In this document: positions 1 to 13,521 of the stretch, in pieces
How positions within the stretch are numbered: position 1 is the first letter of the stretch
How the letters are laid out: every line of letters starts with the position of its first letter
Source of the DNA: Chiloscyllium plagiosum
Taxonomy: Eukaryota
Assembly (NCBI RefSeq): GCF_004010195.1
Contig: NC_057718.1
Location: 49,315,239-49,379,238 of the forward strand
Direction of reading: 5' to 3'
DNA: 64,000 nucleotides
Made by a program: the position numbers and the translations under genes
The notes under the pieces: model-generated
Seen by the model: only the letters and a program-made list of their open reading frames with translations
Databases searched by the model: none
Told to the model about the DNA's origin: nothing

Positions 1-33
1 ATACTTCAAAAAACATTCTAGTTAATGAAATAC

Positions 34-195
34 CTTTGAAGTAAAGCCAAGTTGCTGTAAAGTTGGGAATTCAGCAGGCAATTTATGTCCATTTTGTCAT
101 CAAAGTAAAAATTGCACAGTTGTCTCTGTGGAACTCTAGAGCACTTTTCCTTCTCCCCATTTACTTTATCTTGTGCATTAAGCTGGTGTTGCTTC
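34..195 (-). CDS. Candidate internal exon of an unidentified host gene (KQHQLNAQ...SNLALLQR)
   Basis: 162-nt open frame between aatattcag acceptor and AG|gtattt donor; phase 2-2. No homology recognised; may be chance. Confidence 0.2.
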
Positions 196-1984
196 CTGAA
201 TATTGAGATACCTGTTTGGTGTATCTCAGACTCAGGGTGTCTGTACATACATTGCTTACTCTTTAGAACTTCGTTGACTATTAATGTACTGTAATGTTAC
301 TTTATTTCAACTGTACATGGTGGATTATCAAATGCACTACTCTAATGTGATGTCCAAGAACTCTTTCTGTACACACTCATTCTAGACGAATGGCTTCAAT
401 TTTATTAAAGTCAAATTATATCATCAGCTACGTCATCATTATTTACATGAATGTCATGACCCCACAGCTTCCAGCATGCTGGTCCTGCTCCTTTCTGGAA
501 TATGATTCATGAAACAGTCTTTTGGTATCTTTGTGAAATGGCTTGTTTCCTCATTCAAAGTTGAGCTTGACTCCAATCTCCAGTTAGGGGCTACTTCCCC
601 TTCCTAACCTAAAGGCACAGCCAACATGTTCACTGAACTTAGCTAACATACTACGGTTCAAATTGGAGAGATGGCTAGACAGATTGTCTAGACAGATTGT
701 CTAGTCTGCTTCTGTTAAACACTGACTGAAGAAACTGTAAAGTATCATTAAAATAAAACTAGTGTGGAATCATTTGCCGTGGTATTGTCAGGTAAAGTAA
801 GATTTGTCACACAGGTTAAAAATGGTTATGTAGTTTGGACATTATATAATCATTCAGAATGAAATATATCAAAATAGATTACATTATCAATCCACAAGCA
901 TGGGTTTCGCAGTTCATGCATGAAAAATGGAAGAAGTTATTTAAACTCAACAGTGGTTTATAGTTCATTTTTAGCATAAATTACAATTGCCATTGTTAAA
1001 TGCACCATCCACTTCCATCTTTCAAATGCAGACAATCTTGCAGAAATGCCTAAACTGAAATATTTTAAATAAAGACATGAGTATACTTAAACAATAATCA
1101 ATGTAGATTGCTTTCAGGTCAAAAATTGTTCAAGATTCAGATGTATTAGTAATTCCACAGGCAATACATAAATATGTTTAATATACACTAACATCACAGG
1201 TTAAGTTATGTATGAGTACGTACATTTCATGTGTTGAGTGCTCCTTTCACACCGAAGCTCTCTATAATATATGTAGTTGGAAAAAATGTTAATTGAGACC
1301 ATGTTTAGGTTAAAATATCTAAGATCAGTATGCTCAAGACATGTCAGGGAAGATTGAGCTAGCATAAAAGAAAGCACTGATTCTTGATTTCAATATAAGA
1401 TGTAGCAAGGAGGGTACAGGACTGAATTTCTAAAGTCTTGAGGATCATGGGATTTCTGTATAAGTTGTATATGTGATACGTATGTGTCATTTCTTTTTAT
1501 GTATTGACACACTCAGTAAGATAAATCTTGATTGGCATTCTGGATACCTGTATTACTGTGGATCAGAAATGCAGATGTGCTTTAAAGTCATTGATTTTTT
1601 TCTAGTAATGGTGTGTTTCTCCTTTTGCTGAGTAATGAACTGAATTCAATATCACACGCTTCCAATGAAGAAAAAAATACTGACAAGTATTTATAATCTT
1701 AATGGACATATCACAGGCTTTCAGGTTTCTTAAGGGCTTGAAGCCCGTTCCCAGGGAACATCAACGCAAACTGCTGTGGAGGTGGAAGAAAGAAAAGGAC
1801 AAAGACATTGGAAATGAAGGCTTTCTGTTAGAACGGTGCTGCTGCCAATATAGAGGACTCTTGTCAGAGCACATCACTTTTCCTCAAAAGTGGCTGTGAG
1901 CAAGAGAAAGGTTTGTCATTATCTATTACTATTCATAGCCATACAAAGCTCTGTTGTTTGCATCCTGACTTGCATCAAGTTCCA

Positions 1985-2180
1985 ATCATTCACTTCCCTC
2001 AGCTTGCTGACCTATATTTGCTCCTGATTAAGCAATACATTGATTTTAATATTCTCATCCTTTTTTTTGTACTTCTCTAACAATCTCAACCTTTCTATCT
2101 CTGTAACCACTATGACCCACTGGGATGTCTCTCAATTTTAGATTTTTGCACATCCCTAATTTTTATCATACTATGTTTGG
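1985..2180 (+). mobile_element. Decayed L2-type LINE fragment
   Basis: gctgacctatatttgctcc...gattttaatattctcatcc resembles the L2 ORF2 C-terminal region and 2880-3050. Confidence 0.5.
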
Positions 2181-2324
2181 AGAAAAGAAAACACCGGGGA
2201 GCCCTCCCTGCACTTGTGTGTTCTCCTAATATCTATCTGTGTCTCCCTTTTATTTCTCATCTAAAAGGACTGTATTAGTTTGCACATGCATGCTGTCAGC
2301 ACCCGGGAAAACATCATGACCACC

Positions 2325-3320
2325 TCTCTCCAACTGTTACATCTGACATCCAGTACTGGAAGAGCAGAAATTTCTCCATTTAAATGTTGGGAAGATTGAT
2401 GCCATTGGTTTTGATCCCAACTCCAAATCCATTCTCTGGCTCTCTCCCTGTCAACATTCGGAGACCAAGTCAGGAGTCCTGAAGAAGGGTTATATCTGAA
2501 AAGTTGACTTCTCTACCTCCTGATGCAGCCTGGCTTGCTATGTTCTTCCAGTCTCCTGTGTGTCTACTTTGGATTCCAGCATCTGCAGGTTTTTTGTCTC
2601 CAACTATGTTCACAACCTTAACATCACAGTGATCCAAAATTGAACTTCCAAACTCTTATTCATGCCATCACTAAGACTCCCTATTTCCACCCTCATGATG
2701 TTGCTTCATATCGCCCTGTCTCAGCTAATCTGCTTCTGAAGCATGCATTTACGTCTTTGTTAAAACTTGAGTATTCCAAGGCATTCACAGCTCATCTCAT
2801 ATATTCCACCTGCCATAAATCTGAGGTCAACAATCTATCAGTTGCCCATCTTAACGTGTTGTCTCCCTATCACTTCTTTGTGTGCTAACTTGCATTGATA
2901 CCCAATCAAACAACCGATTGACTTTAAAAATCACAAACGTGCCTTCAGCTTCCTCCATTGCCTTGCATGCCCCTATACTGGCATAATTCTGCAGCCCCAC
3001 ACCCCCATATCTGTACTCTTTTAATCTTGGCTTCTTCTGTATTCCCAACTAGAATTCCTCCACTGTATTGAAAATAGCTTCAGTTGCTTCGTTTCCCAAG
3101 TTTTAGGATTAATTTCTTAATTCTCTCTGCTTCACTATCTCATTCTCCTCCTTTAAGACACTCCTTAATCAACTCTTTGATCAAGTTTTTCACTTTTTTC
3201 ACAAATGCCTCCTTCTGTGGCTCAATATCATACGTTGTTTTATTAATCTCCTGTGAAATATCTTAGGATGAAACATTACACGAAAGGTGCTGGATAAATA
3301 GAATTTCTTGTTGCTGTTGT
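2325..3320 (+). mobile_element. Decayed L2-type LINE 3' part, interrupted by a PLE-derived insert
   Basis: Remnant peptide (IHAITKTPYFH...KLEYSKA); 3' end ...ataaatagaatttcttgttgctgttgtt. Confidence 0.7.
2471..2601 (+). mobile_element. Short PLE 3'-terminal derivative with decayed hammerhead core
   Basis: agtc-CTGAAGA(2479)-agggttatatct-GAAA-agtt-gact, then tail ...ccagcatctgcag as in 18370-18460. Confidence 0.7.
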
Positions 3321-4212
3321 TCCTATCAGGTCAAACAGCCTGCATTATATATATAATCTTCAGTATGGTAGCTTAGCTTATTCAGCAATAGGCCTCTGAG
3401 ACTTCACTGAAATCATTTATAATTGTCAAATAGTGGGCTTTGAATTGCCAGAAACCTGATATTCCAGGCTTTAATTCTCCACATAGAGAGTTAGCTCAAA
3501 GCCACCCTGATATTAAATGTAAAATAAAATGTGAAGATGTCTGCTTTCATTGCTCAAGGCATTGCTATACACGGAAGGAAAATCAAAATGGAAATGTGAC
3601 CAGAGGACTTTGTGATCACAGTCAAGCTGCATGACAAATGGTCACAGCAGTCCATAGCAGATTTGCAATCTTGCCTACGGAGTAGTATTTTTATTCATGG
3701 CAACACAGTGTTCCTAGAATGCATTTTGCTTCAAAATGGCCTGTTCCATTTGCAAAATATTTTACAGTTTAACAGCAGGTGAGCGATTTGTACCAAAACA
3801 CTGTGAACACAACCACTGACAAGTATATTTTTCTACATCACAGTATTCTTTAGCAACTTGTGCTGTTTTGATTAACTTCCTGTTTCTGTCGAACAAAATA
3901 AATTGGAGCAACATTTTTTCTCAGTTGTAGACAGAACAGGAAGAATTTTAATTCTTCTGGGGGAGGGGTTGGCGGTGAGCGTCAGGGGTGGTAAACTTCA
4001 GGAGAATACATTGATGGTCCTAATCCGATTTTCTTACCTTCACCACATCACAATTAGATATTCTTACTAAAGGTTTAGTAAGGGGTTTATAAATGTGAAG
4101 CTGCATAATATGTTTCTATGCTATAGTTAGGAAGCCAAAACTATTTTGTTGCTGATATGTAGGTCTTCGTATGGAGAATCCACTATGTAAACCCTAATGC
4201 ACTCCAATAGAG

Positions 4213-5700
4213 TCATAATAGAATCATACCCTTCTGTCCAACCAGTCCATGTCAACCATAATCCCAAACTAAACTAATCCCACTTGCTTGCACTTGGTCC
4301 ATATCTCTCCAAACTTTTCTTATTCATATACTTATCCAAATGTAAGGAGAGGCAGGATAGGCTGGGACATGTTCCCCCGGAATGTAGGAGACTGAGGAGA
4401 GACCTTATAGAGATCTATAAAATTATGAGAAGCATAGATAAGGTAGATAGCCAACAGCTTGGTAAGGGAGTCTAAAGCTAGAGGGCATAAATTTAAGGTG
4501 AGAGGGGAGAGATATACAAGGGTCCAGAGAGGCAATTATTTCACACAGAGGATGGTGAATGACTGGAACAGGCTGCGAGTACAATTTCATCATTTAAGAA
4601 ACACTTAGACTCGTACATGGATAGGATAAGTATGGAGGGATATGGAGCCAACACAGGCAAATGGGACTAGTTTAGTTGTGAAATCTGGATGGCATGGACA
4701 AGTTGGGCCAAACAGCCTGCTTCCATGCAGTAGGTCTCTATGACTTTACGACTCCATGTCTTTTAAAATGTTGTAACTGTGTTTGCATCCTTTACTTTCT
4801 CTGGCAATTCATTTCATACGTGAACCACTCTGTGTAAAAAACTTGTCCCTTAATGCCTTTTTCAATCTTTTTCCTCTTAACTGAAAAATATATCCCCTCA
4901 TCTTGAAATTGCCCATCATAGGGAAAAGACATCTGCCATTCACCTCATCTTATACCCCTCATGATTGTATAAACTTCAACCTCCTGAACTCCAGTGAAAA
5001 ATGTCTCAGACTTTCCCTATACCGCAAACTTTACAGTACCGCTAACATCATAGTAAACCTTTTCTGAACCCTCTACAGATTGATAAAATCCTTCCAATAA
5101 CAGGGCAGCTAGAACTGGACACAGTACTCCAGAAAAAACCTCATCAATGTCCTGCAGACATGACTTCCCAACATGACTTCACAACTCCTATACTCAAAGG
5201 TCTGAGCAATGGAGGTAAGCATGCAAAACCCCTCCTTAACCATCCTGTCTACAGGTGACACAAACTTCAAACAGTTATGCACCTAAACCTCTAGGTCACT
5301 CTGTTCTACAAAACTATTCAAGGGCCTACTTTTAGTTGTGTATGTCCTGTCTTGTTTATTTTACCAAAATGTAAAAACACACATTTATCGAATTTAAACT
5401 CCATCTGCCACTTCTCAGAGCATTGAGTCAATAATGCACAATTACTTTATAATCTTAAATAACCTTCTTCATTGTTCACTGTCCACTATGCCACCAATTT
5501 TGGAATTATCTGCAAACTCACTAACCATGCTTTCAAAATTCTCACCAAAATCATTTATATAAATGCCAAACAAAAGTGGACCCAGCATCAATTCCTGTGA
5601 AGCACTGCTGGTAACAGACCTCCAGTCTGAAAAACAATCCTCCACCAATACACTCTGTCTCCTGCCGTTAAGCCAATTTTGTATTCAATTGGCAAGCTCA
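4213..5700 (-). mobile_element. CR1 LINE 3' half (decayed RT), split by a nested CR1
   Basis: Antisense CR1 tail and RT sequence; host reads ccaaatgt|cttttaaa across the insert. Confidence 0.9.
4344..4757 (+). mobile_element. 5'-truncated CR1 nested in the opposite orientation
   Basis: RRLRRDLIEIYKIMR peptide; ctatgact-type tail; flanked by atgt. Confidence 0.9.
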
Positions 5701-5747
5701 TGGTTGATTCATTGTCAGCACTGTTCCTTATAACTTGCACAGCTGCC

Positions 5748-5984
5748 TGAAATAACTCCACAGAGGCCAGTATCCCATCACCAAGTCACCCTTTATTTAC
5801 ACGTGGTAAGTATTTGACTACTGCTCCAGCTTCCTCAGAGCCAGCTCTCAGAATAAACAGAGCCTCTGACATTCCAGTTTATATCTATCAGCCAGGGCTC
5901 CCTGATTGGACCAGGTTAATAGCCCCACTCAGGGAACTCATATTCTACAAGGCTGACTTGCCCGATATTGTTACAATCACTACA
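5748..5984 (-). mobile_element. Solo LTR (237 bp)
   Basis: Minus strand reads TGTAGT...TTTCA with CCAAT, GATATAAA and AATAAA in order; flanks ctgcc/tcacc are only a degenerate TSD. Confidence 0.75.
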
Positions 5985-7517
5985 TCACCAACACAACAAC
6001 CTGGAAGTAATGTGTAAGATGCTCATAGTTGTCCCCTTTAAGATGCAACACATGTACAGCCATGGAAAAGAAACTAAAGCTGCTACACAGTCAAATGAGC
6101 AGGTCAAGAGCTGCAAAAAAAGTAAAAGGGACATAATTTGTGGGATTTAAGTGCATGCAATCAAGTTGAGGCATTGTGAGTGCTGGTGATGTTTTATTAC
6201 TTTGAGAGTTTGTGTTATTTTAGATTGTCTTGTTGGTTTGCTAATTCTGAAGTGGTTTTACAATACCAGGATCAATGCTGCTCAAAGAGAAACAACAACA
6301 ACTGTCATAGAGGCCTCAACATTCTAGAAAAGTAGCTGGGTAATCTCTAAGAATATAATAGGTATTGAGTAAGGTGAGTCTGCTCACAGGACTTAAACCT
6401 CTCAATAAGGAAACAGGTCAAAGATAATCATTTTTGACATTTCCAAGATGTTACCAGTAAGGGTGTTACATGTAAGAAAACTGCTAAGGGCTTCCAGGAG
6501 GTTGAGACAAATGAGAGCTGAACACAAGGCTAGAATAAACTGTTAAAATTTATCGCCTGTAACTACAGTATAAACAAAAGCACAATAGAGCACAGATTTG
6601 CTAGACACTTCCTCCATCAGGTCCAGTCCCATGTAATCTGGCACCATCATGACAATGTTCCTTTGAATATGCTCACTAGCTATGAGAGTATTGCTACAGT
6701 TAACCCCTTCCTTTGCATCTTCCCACAAATTCTTATATTCTCTTCACAGTCTCTGTCCTTTACAAGATAGCCTGTGGGATGGTTTTACTAATCTCACCAA
6801 ACATTATAGAGTTCCTTTCAAGATTGAGGAGTGCCTGATTGATCCAGATGCATTCCCTTAAGGGTCTTCAGTCCTTGGCTCTGTGGTTATGGTACACAAA
6901 GTTTTGTCCTGGGGATCAGCCCCATCCAGCTAATGCTTTTTGTTTCAGTGTAAGTAAAGCTGTTTCTGAGGGACGATGACATTATCTGAATGGACATGGA
7001 ATGATTTAAGTTGTTGGAGTCTTACAACCATAGTGTTTTCTCACTGTCCTCAGTCTCCTTGCTCACCTGTCTAGATTCTCTATATGTCTGAAAATTCCAG
7101 AGTGCAGTAGAGTGGAGTTCATTGCTAACCCAAGTTGAAGACCAAATCTCCTGTCAGGCTGTTGGTGACAATCACAGTCTGATTGGTGCGGTGACCTTGA
7201 GATCTTTCACCCACTGTTTCGCACTGTAGTTGGGCTTCTCCAAAGGTTCTCTAACAGTTGGAGCTGTTCTGCATTTTTTTGCCCTCCGGATCCTTCAAGG
7301 TTATATAAGTATCACAATGAGTACATTGGTATATCTTTAAGAGATAGGCTCATAACATCATCACTGTATCGTAGCATGTGATCTGAGAATATAAAGGTCT
7401 CAGATCCATTTCAACTTGGGATTACTTGAAGTATGACAAACTGTGAGAGGTATGCTCTGTTGCTGTGCTTGAATAGGCTAATACTAACCCAAACACTGAT
7501 ATGTCTGTGAATGCACA

Positions 7518-7752
7518 GGTGGCATGGTGGCTCAGTGGTTAGTATTGCTGCCCCATAGCACCAGGGACCTGGGTTTGATTCCAGCCTTGGGTGACTGTCT
7601 GTATGGAGTTTGCATATTCTCCCCCGGTCTATATGGACTTCCTCCCACAGTCCAAAGATGTGCAGCTAAGGTGGATTGGCCATGCTAAATTGCCCGTAGT
7701 ATCCTGGGATGTGAAGGCTAGATGGATCAAGTCATGGTAAATGTGGGGATAG
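7518..7752 (+). mobile_element. tRNA-derived HE1/V-SINE-type SINE
   Basis: A box tggctcagtggtt, B-box-like ggtttgattcc, cctcccacagtccaaagatgtgc core. Confidence 0.85.
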
Positions 7753-7785
7753 GAGGCACCCTACCATGGGGCATTATTTCCATAA

Positions 7786-7978
7786 GGCGAAAGTGAGTAC
7801 TGCAGGTGCTGGAGATTCGAGCCAAGAGTAGGGAAAGCACTGCCGGTCAGGCAGCATCTGAGGAGCAGGAAAATAGACATTTTGGGCAAAAGCCCTTCAG
7901 CAGGAATTCCTGATGTTGATTTTCCTGTTATTTGGATGCTTTCTGACCGGCTGTGCTTTTCCAGCACCACTCTTGGCT
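7786..7978. mobile_element. Foldback PLE-derived mini-element with HHR remnants
   Basis: Inverted arms about caggaattcctg; perfect 14-bp TSD cattatttccataa (7772-7785 / 7979-7992). Confidence 0.85.
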
Positions 7979-8526
7979 CATTATTTCCATAATCCTACTC
8001 TCTGTCTTCTGTCTGAAAGCCAATCATTAATCCATTCTAGTACACTACTTCCTATCCTATGCACTCTACTTTCAGAACCCGTCTCCTGTAAAATAACCTG
8101 TTGCTTGGTTGGTTCCACAATGTATCCATTATGGTTCTCCAGGTGATAATGTGAATAAACATTCAGGAAACATTTTCTTTCCATCTTCCCTTCGGTGTCT
8201 TTGATATGCCCATTTGAGCACTGAATAGAACACAATCATAAGGGAGCTGAAGCAAGTTTAATCAGGCCACTTCCTATAACCGAACATATGAATGGATTCC
8301 ATATCAACTAGGTGAGTGGTTGGTAAGCCACCTTTCTTCCAGTTTACTGGTCACCTGGAAAATCTCAAGTTGGGGCCAGGAATCCTTGTGCCCTGGAAGT
8401 CCCCTCCTCTGACTAACACCACTTCTGACTCATGTTTTGGATGAATTGAGATTCAATGGCAAACTAAAATTCTCCAGAAACTCAATACGGAGACTGGAAC
8501 ACAGTGTATCTGAATCCCACACTTAC

Positions 8527-8579
8527 CTTGCGATTTTGCTGAATTCTCCACTAGCATTTATCAAGTTAACAGTTATAAA
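8527..8579 (-). CDS. Candidate 53-nt exon (FITVNLINASGEFSKIA)
   Basis: tttcagtttcag acceptor, CAAG|gtaagt donor, open frame phase 0-2. Confidence 0.25.
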
Positions 8580-9241
8580 CTGAAACTGAAACAAGATCTT
8601 TTAAGTCATTATTGCCTAAAAGAAGTTGTTGCTGTAGTGTATGATTACACTCTCCTGCCGATCCCTTTAAAAGTCACCAGTACAAACATTCCACAAGCAA
8701 CTGATTGATGGATAATTAGTTCATGGGCAATGCTCTGGTTCCATGTTATCTGATTCAAATTAATTCATTAATCTGCTGAAGGATCATTTTTATAGGATCA
8801 TTGACCCTGCTGATCAATAAAAATGGAAGAAAGTGTCACGTTCCATTCATGTTATGCTTTTGGTTTCATTAAAGTATGCATACTGTTAGCATACTTTCAA
8901 AAGCTATCTCATCAATATTTCATTTCTACCATTAAGCATCTAATTACTTGGATAAACCATGACATCATGTTTACCCTATAATAGATGAGCATCTCCACAG
9001 GACACTTTCAGTTGTGTGCTGGAGCGCTAGAATTCCCTTTTGTACTTTCATGGAATTAGTTGGATGAAATGTCAATGCATTGCCTGTAGCTTGGCAGGCA
9101 CTCACAGAACACAATGTGGCATTAAGTAAATTTGTAAACTGTTGACTTTCTTGCTCATTCTTACATTTTGTGTGGTGAATTATTTTCCATATTTCCATTC
9201 CCTCTCCCATTGTGTTGAACATAATGCTGTAAAATAAATTA

Positions 9242-10276
9242 GTGATTGTAAACCTGTTTGGACAGTGGTTTCTAGCAATTATCTTGTCAGAGTAGATTAA
9301 GTGGTAAAAGACACAGAAGTTAAAAGATCAATTACTCTCTTCAATGTAGTTTTGCCTCGTACCTTGGCACAGATGTAAGTGCAGGGAACAAAATATCTAG
9401 GTACTTAAAGATGCTTTTGTGAAGCATAACTAATGATCCGAACTATTGTTTGTGGCAATGGATATTAATTCACTGCTGGATAGACTGTCATAAAAGATAT
9501 ACTCACGACTGCATCTTTTCATGGCTTGCTGGTATACAATTCAGCTCCTGGCATTGACATCCATGATCACTGCAGGGATGACAATCTCACAAGTTCGATA
9601 TTGAACACAGAATAGATATCCATGTACAATGAAAGATCTACTCCAAAGTCGTTAACTTGCACCTCTGTTTAATAATGCATAAAACAAGATAGTTGGAGAT
9701 CTAAACATCATGCAACTTCAGCCACATTTGATGCATCCTTTGAAAAGATTTAAAAGGCATTGACAAAAGATAGAGGAGATCGTCGTCACTAGTGAGTCAT
9801 TCTTGGGAATTTTGCAACTATATTTCAAGCCCACATTAAAGTTTGTCATGCAAGGGGAAATCTGCAGGTATCAATTTAGAATTAGAAGGAGTTCCACAGA
9901 TAGAAGAAGGTCTTTGACCAGATTGCTTGCCTCTGGTTACCTTATCTCCTGTTAGGAAGAAAAAAGTGTTTGCATCAGATCCTAAGAGTTTCCAATAAAT
10001 TGCCAAGAACAAATATGCATGACAATATTGACTTGCTTGCATTGATAACATAGCTCATGAATCAACCAACCCTATTTCTGTTGATCAGAAGTCAACCTTC
10101 AAATCCAACCAAAATTTTGTTCACAATGGCACCCTGCTGCAGGATTTTTCCTTCTTGCTCTTCTCACAACCCAACGTACCACCAACCATGTTCATGGCCT
10201 GTGATTGTAAACCTTTTTTGACAGTGGTTTCTAGCAATTATCTTGTCAGAGTAGATTAAGTGGGAAAAGATACAGA
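9242..10276 (+). repeat. 76-bp direct repeat pair (9242-9317, 10201-10276)
   Basis: gtgattgtaaacc...aaagaYacaga, 4 mismatches. Confidence 0.9.
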
Positions 10277-10548
10277 CTGGTATTTATTACCCTTTTCCAT
10301 TAGGTCAAGAGAATGTGGGAGTGCGCTGCCATCATTAACTGCAGCGATCTATGTGTGGGTACACCCACCATGCTATTAAGTATGAAATTTCAGGGGTTTA
10401 ACACAATAATGATGTCAGAACAGTGATGTGTTTCCAAGGCAGAATGGAATGTGATCAGGATGGAAACTTACAAATGCTGACATATCTACACATCACCTGT
10501 CCGTTTACATCTAGTTGGGTAGAGATCAGCGATTGGGAACATGTTGTC
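10277..10548 (-). mobile_element. Old LINE 3'-end remnant
   Basis: Resembles a common shark LINE tail (recalled); related piece near 41215-41350. Confidence 0.45.
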
Positions 10549-11204
10549 TCACAGTGTGGTAATGAAGTGACTGAAGTTTTAAAGCTTCTATTTCTGTCTC
10601 CTTTTTCTTTTTCAATAAGATCATCATCCATTTTCAACAATTGGATATCATCTGTTTCTTGTGTCAATGCTTTGTCTCTTGCTCTTTCTTAAAAATGAGC
10701 CTGCAGTCAAGTAATGGATTAGGCTCATTTTGCCCTCTTTTTATGGCCAATCAAATGGAGGTGACTCTATAAAAAAGTTTAAATGAAATTCATGATAGAC
10801 AAACTTAAACAAAAGTAAGATGATCTGGACTAAAAACTCAGCAGATGTAATTAGCTTGCACCTTGCTTAATTTGTAAAGTCTATCAAATAATTGCAAAAC
10901 TCTTCTGATGCTCTTATTGGAACAGTTTGAATGAGGCTGCTGTGCCTCTAATTATTTTTGAAATAATATTGAGTGTAGCTTGGCAAAACTTGTCCATCTA
11001 GGGGCAGAGATAGAGACAAAAAGGAATTCTACAAGTAACTGAAGCCACGTGGACACATTGCTTTCTCTCAATAGCCTGGTGGCACCTAATATCATATCTA
11101 AGTAATTTTGTGATTCCACAACTAGACAGAAATTTCTCCCTACCTATACTGTATTTTCTCTTACTGGACCTAAGGCAAAATGTTTTTCTTCAAGTGTTAC
11201 CTGT

Positions 11205-11627
11205 GAATTAGTGGGTTGCACTTACAGTTTTGATCAGAAGGATTTAAAGCTCACTCTGGAAACTTGAGCACAAAATCTGGGTTGGCACAGCGTTGCAGTT
11301 ACAAGAGGGAGTGCTGTAACTTCAAAGGCACCAGCTCTCAGATGGACAGTTAAACCTGTCTGCATTCTTAAGTGAATATAAAATAGTTCATGGCATAATT
11401 TGAAGGATCTTTTCCCTTGTTCTGAGTAATACTTCACCCCATGATGACAGTATTAAAACAGATTATTTGACCATTTTCACATTGTTATTTGTGGGGATAT
11501 GCTGCGTACCAGTTGGTTGCAATATTTCCTACATTATGACAGTGACTACATATGATAAGTGCTTCATTAATTGTAAAGTGTTTTGGGATGTCCTGAGAAG
11601 TTATGTAAAGCTCTACATAAATGCAAG
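11205..11627 (+). mobile_element. Deu-domain SINE (SacSINE1-like) with L2-type tail
   Basis: acttgagcacaaaatct...gagggagtgctg...gtaaagtgttttgggatgtcctgag...ataaatgcaag. Confidence 0.7.
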
Positions 11628-12350
11628 AGTAGACATTAAACCCTTAACCTGCCACATTATTCAATAAGATCATGCCCCACATGCCCCAGACTTCAACTCC
11701 TTTCATATGCCAGCTCAGCATAGCTGTCAACTCCCTGATATTTCAAAATCTATATACCTCTTCTTGGAGCACTTCCAGTAATCTAACCTCCACAACCTTC
11801 AGGTGAGAGAATTCTCGATATTCACTTTCTTTACATATCAATTTTAAGAAAGGAGGGGGAGTGGCAGTTTTGATTAAGGATAATATTACAGATGTACTAA
11901 GGGAGGATATTCCCGGGAATATATCCAGGAAGGTTATTTGGGTGAAACTGACAAATAAGCAAGGGATGATCACCTGATTGGGATTCTCTTATAGACCCCC
12001 CCAATAGTTAGGGGAAATTGAGAAACAAATTTGTAAGTCGATCTCAGTTAACTCTAAGAATAATAGTGTGGTAATAATAGAGGATTTTAACTTTTCAAAC
12101 ATAGACTGGGACTGCCATAGTGTTAAGGGTTTGGATGGAAAGGAATTTGTTAAGTGTGTGTACAAGCAAATTTTCTGATTCAGTTTGTGGATGTACCGAC
12201 TAGAGAAATTGCAAAACTTGACCTACTCTTGGGAAATAAGGCAGGGCAGGTGACTGAGGTGTCAGTGGGGGAGCACTTTGTGGCCAGCGACCATAATTCT
12301 GTTAGTTTTAAAATAGTGATGGAAAAAGACTATCCCTTCCTCAGTCCTCA

Positions 12351-12617
12351 GAGGCATGGTGGCTCAGTGGTTAGCACTGCTGCCTCACAGCACCAGGGTT
12401 CCAGGTTCAATTCCAGCCTCAGTGTGGAGTTTGCACGTGTCTGCATGGGTGTGCCCTTGATTCCTCCCACAGTCCAAAGATGTGCAGGTCAGGTGAATTG
12501 GCCCAGCTAAATTGCCCATAGGTTAGGTGTGTTAGTCAGAGGGAAAATGGATCTGGGTCGGTGTGGACTTTTTGGGCCGAAGGGCCTGTTTCCACACTGT
12601 AGGGAATCTAATCCAAT
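12351..12617 (+). mobile_element. HE1/V-SINE-type SINE inside CR1
   Basis: ggtggctcagtggttagcactgctgcctcacag head; tail ...gggaatctaatccaatct. Confidence 0.85.
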
Positions 12618-13485
12618 CTCGAAGTTCTAAACTGGAGAAAGGCTAATTTTGACGGTAGTAGGCAAGAACTTTCAAAAGCTGACTGGGGGCAGATGTTCAC
12701 AGGTAAAGGGACTGTTGGAAAATAGGAAGCATTCAGAAATGAGATGAGAGTCCAGAGACAGTACGTTCATGTTAGGGTGAAGGCAAAGCTGCTAGGTGTA
12801 GGGAATGTTGGATGACAAGAGAAATTGAGGCTTTGGTCAAGTGTAAGAAGGAAGCATATGTTGGGTATAGACGGTAGAGATCAAGTGAATCCCTAGAAGA
12901 GTATAAAGGCAGCAGGAGTATACTTAAGAGCAAAATCAGAAGAGGAAAAAAGGGATATTAGATAGCTTTGGCAAATAGAGTTAAGGAAAATCCAAAAGGA
13001 TTCTAAAAAACAGTAAGGACAAAGGGATAACTAGGGAGAGAATAGAGTTCCTTAAAAATCAGCAAACCAGCCTATGTATGGAAATGCAGGAGATGGGGGA
13101 GATAATAAACAAATATTTTACATCAGTGTTTACTGTGGAGAAGGATATGGATGATAGAGACGTGGGAAAATAGATAGCAACATCTTGAAATATGTCCACA
13201 TTACACAGGAGGAGGTGTTGGATGTCTTAAAACTCATAAATCCCCGGGACCTGATCAGGTGTATCCTCGAACTCTGAAAGAAGCTAGTGAAGTGCTTGCT
13301 GGGCACCTTTCTGAGATATTTGTGTCATCGATAGCCACATATGAGGTGCTGGAAGACTGGAGGTTGACTAGTATGTTGCCACTATTTAAGCAAGGTGATA
13401 AGGAAAAGCTAGGAGAAAGTGAGGTCTGCAGAAACTTTATTGCTGGAACAGCACAGCAGGTCAGGCAGCATTCAGGGAACAGGAG

Positions 13486-13521
13486 ATTCGACGTTTCGGG
13501 CACAGGCCCTTCTTCAGGAAT
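13486..13521 (-). ncRNA. Minimal type I hammerhead ribozyme
   Basis: AUUC-CUGAAGA-A-GGGC(CUGU)GCCC-GAAA-C-GUC/GAAU; identical to 18333-18368. Confidence 0.8.

Noticed and set aside
675..704. ctagacagattgt 13-bp tandem duplication with hairpin potential
   Set aside because: Too short to separate from ordinary slippage.
7518..7590. tRNA genes (also near 12351, 16246, 26440)
   Set aside because: tRNA-derived SINE heads followed by SINE bodies.
9242..10276. TRIM or small LTR element
   Set aside because: No TSD, primer-binding site or polypurine tract found.
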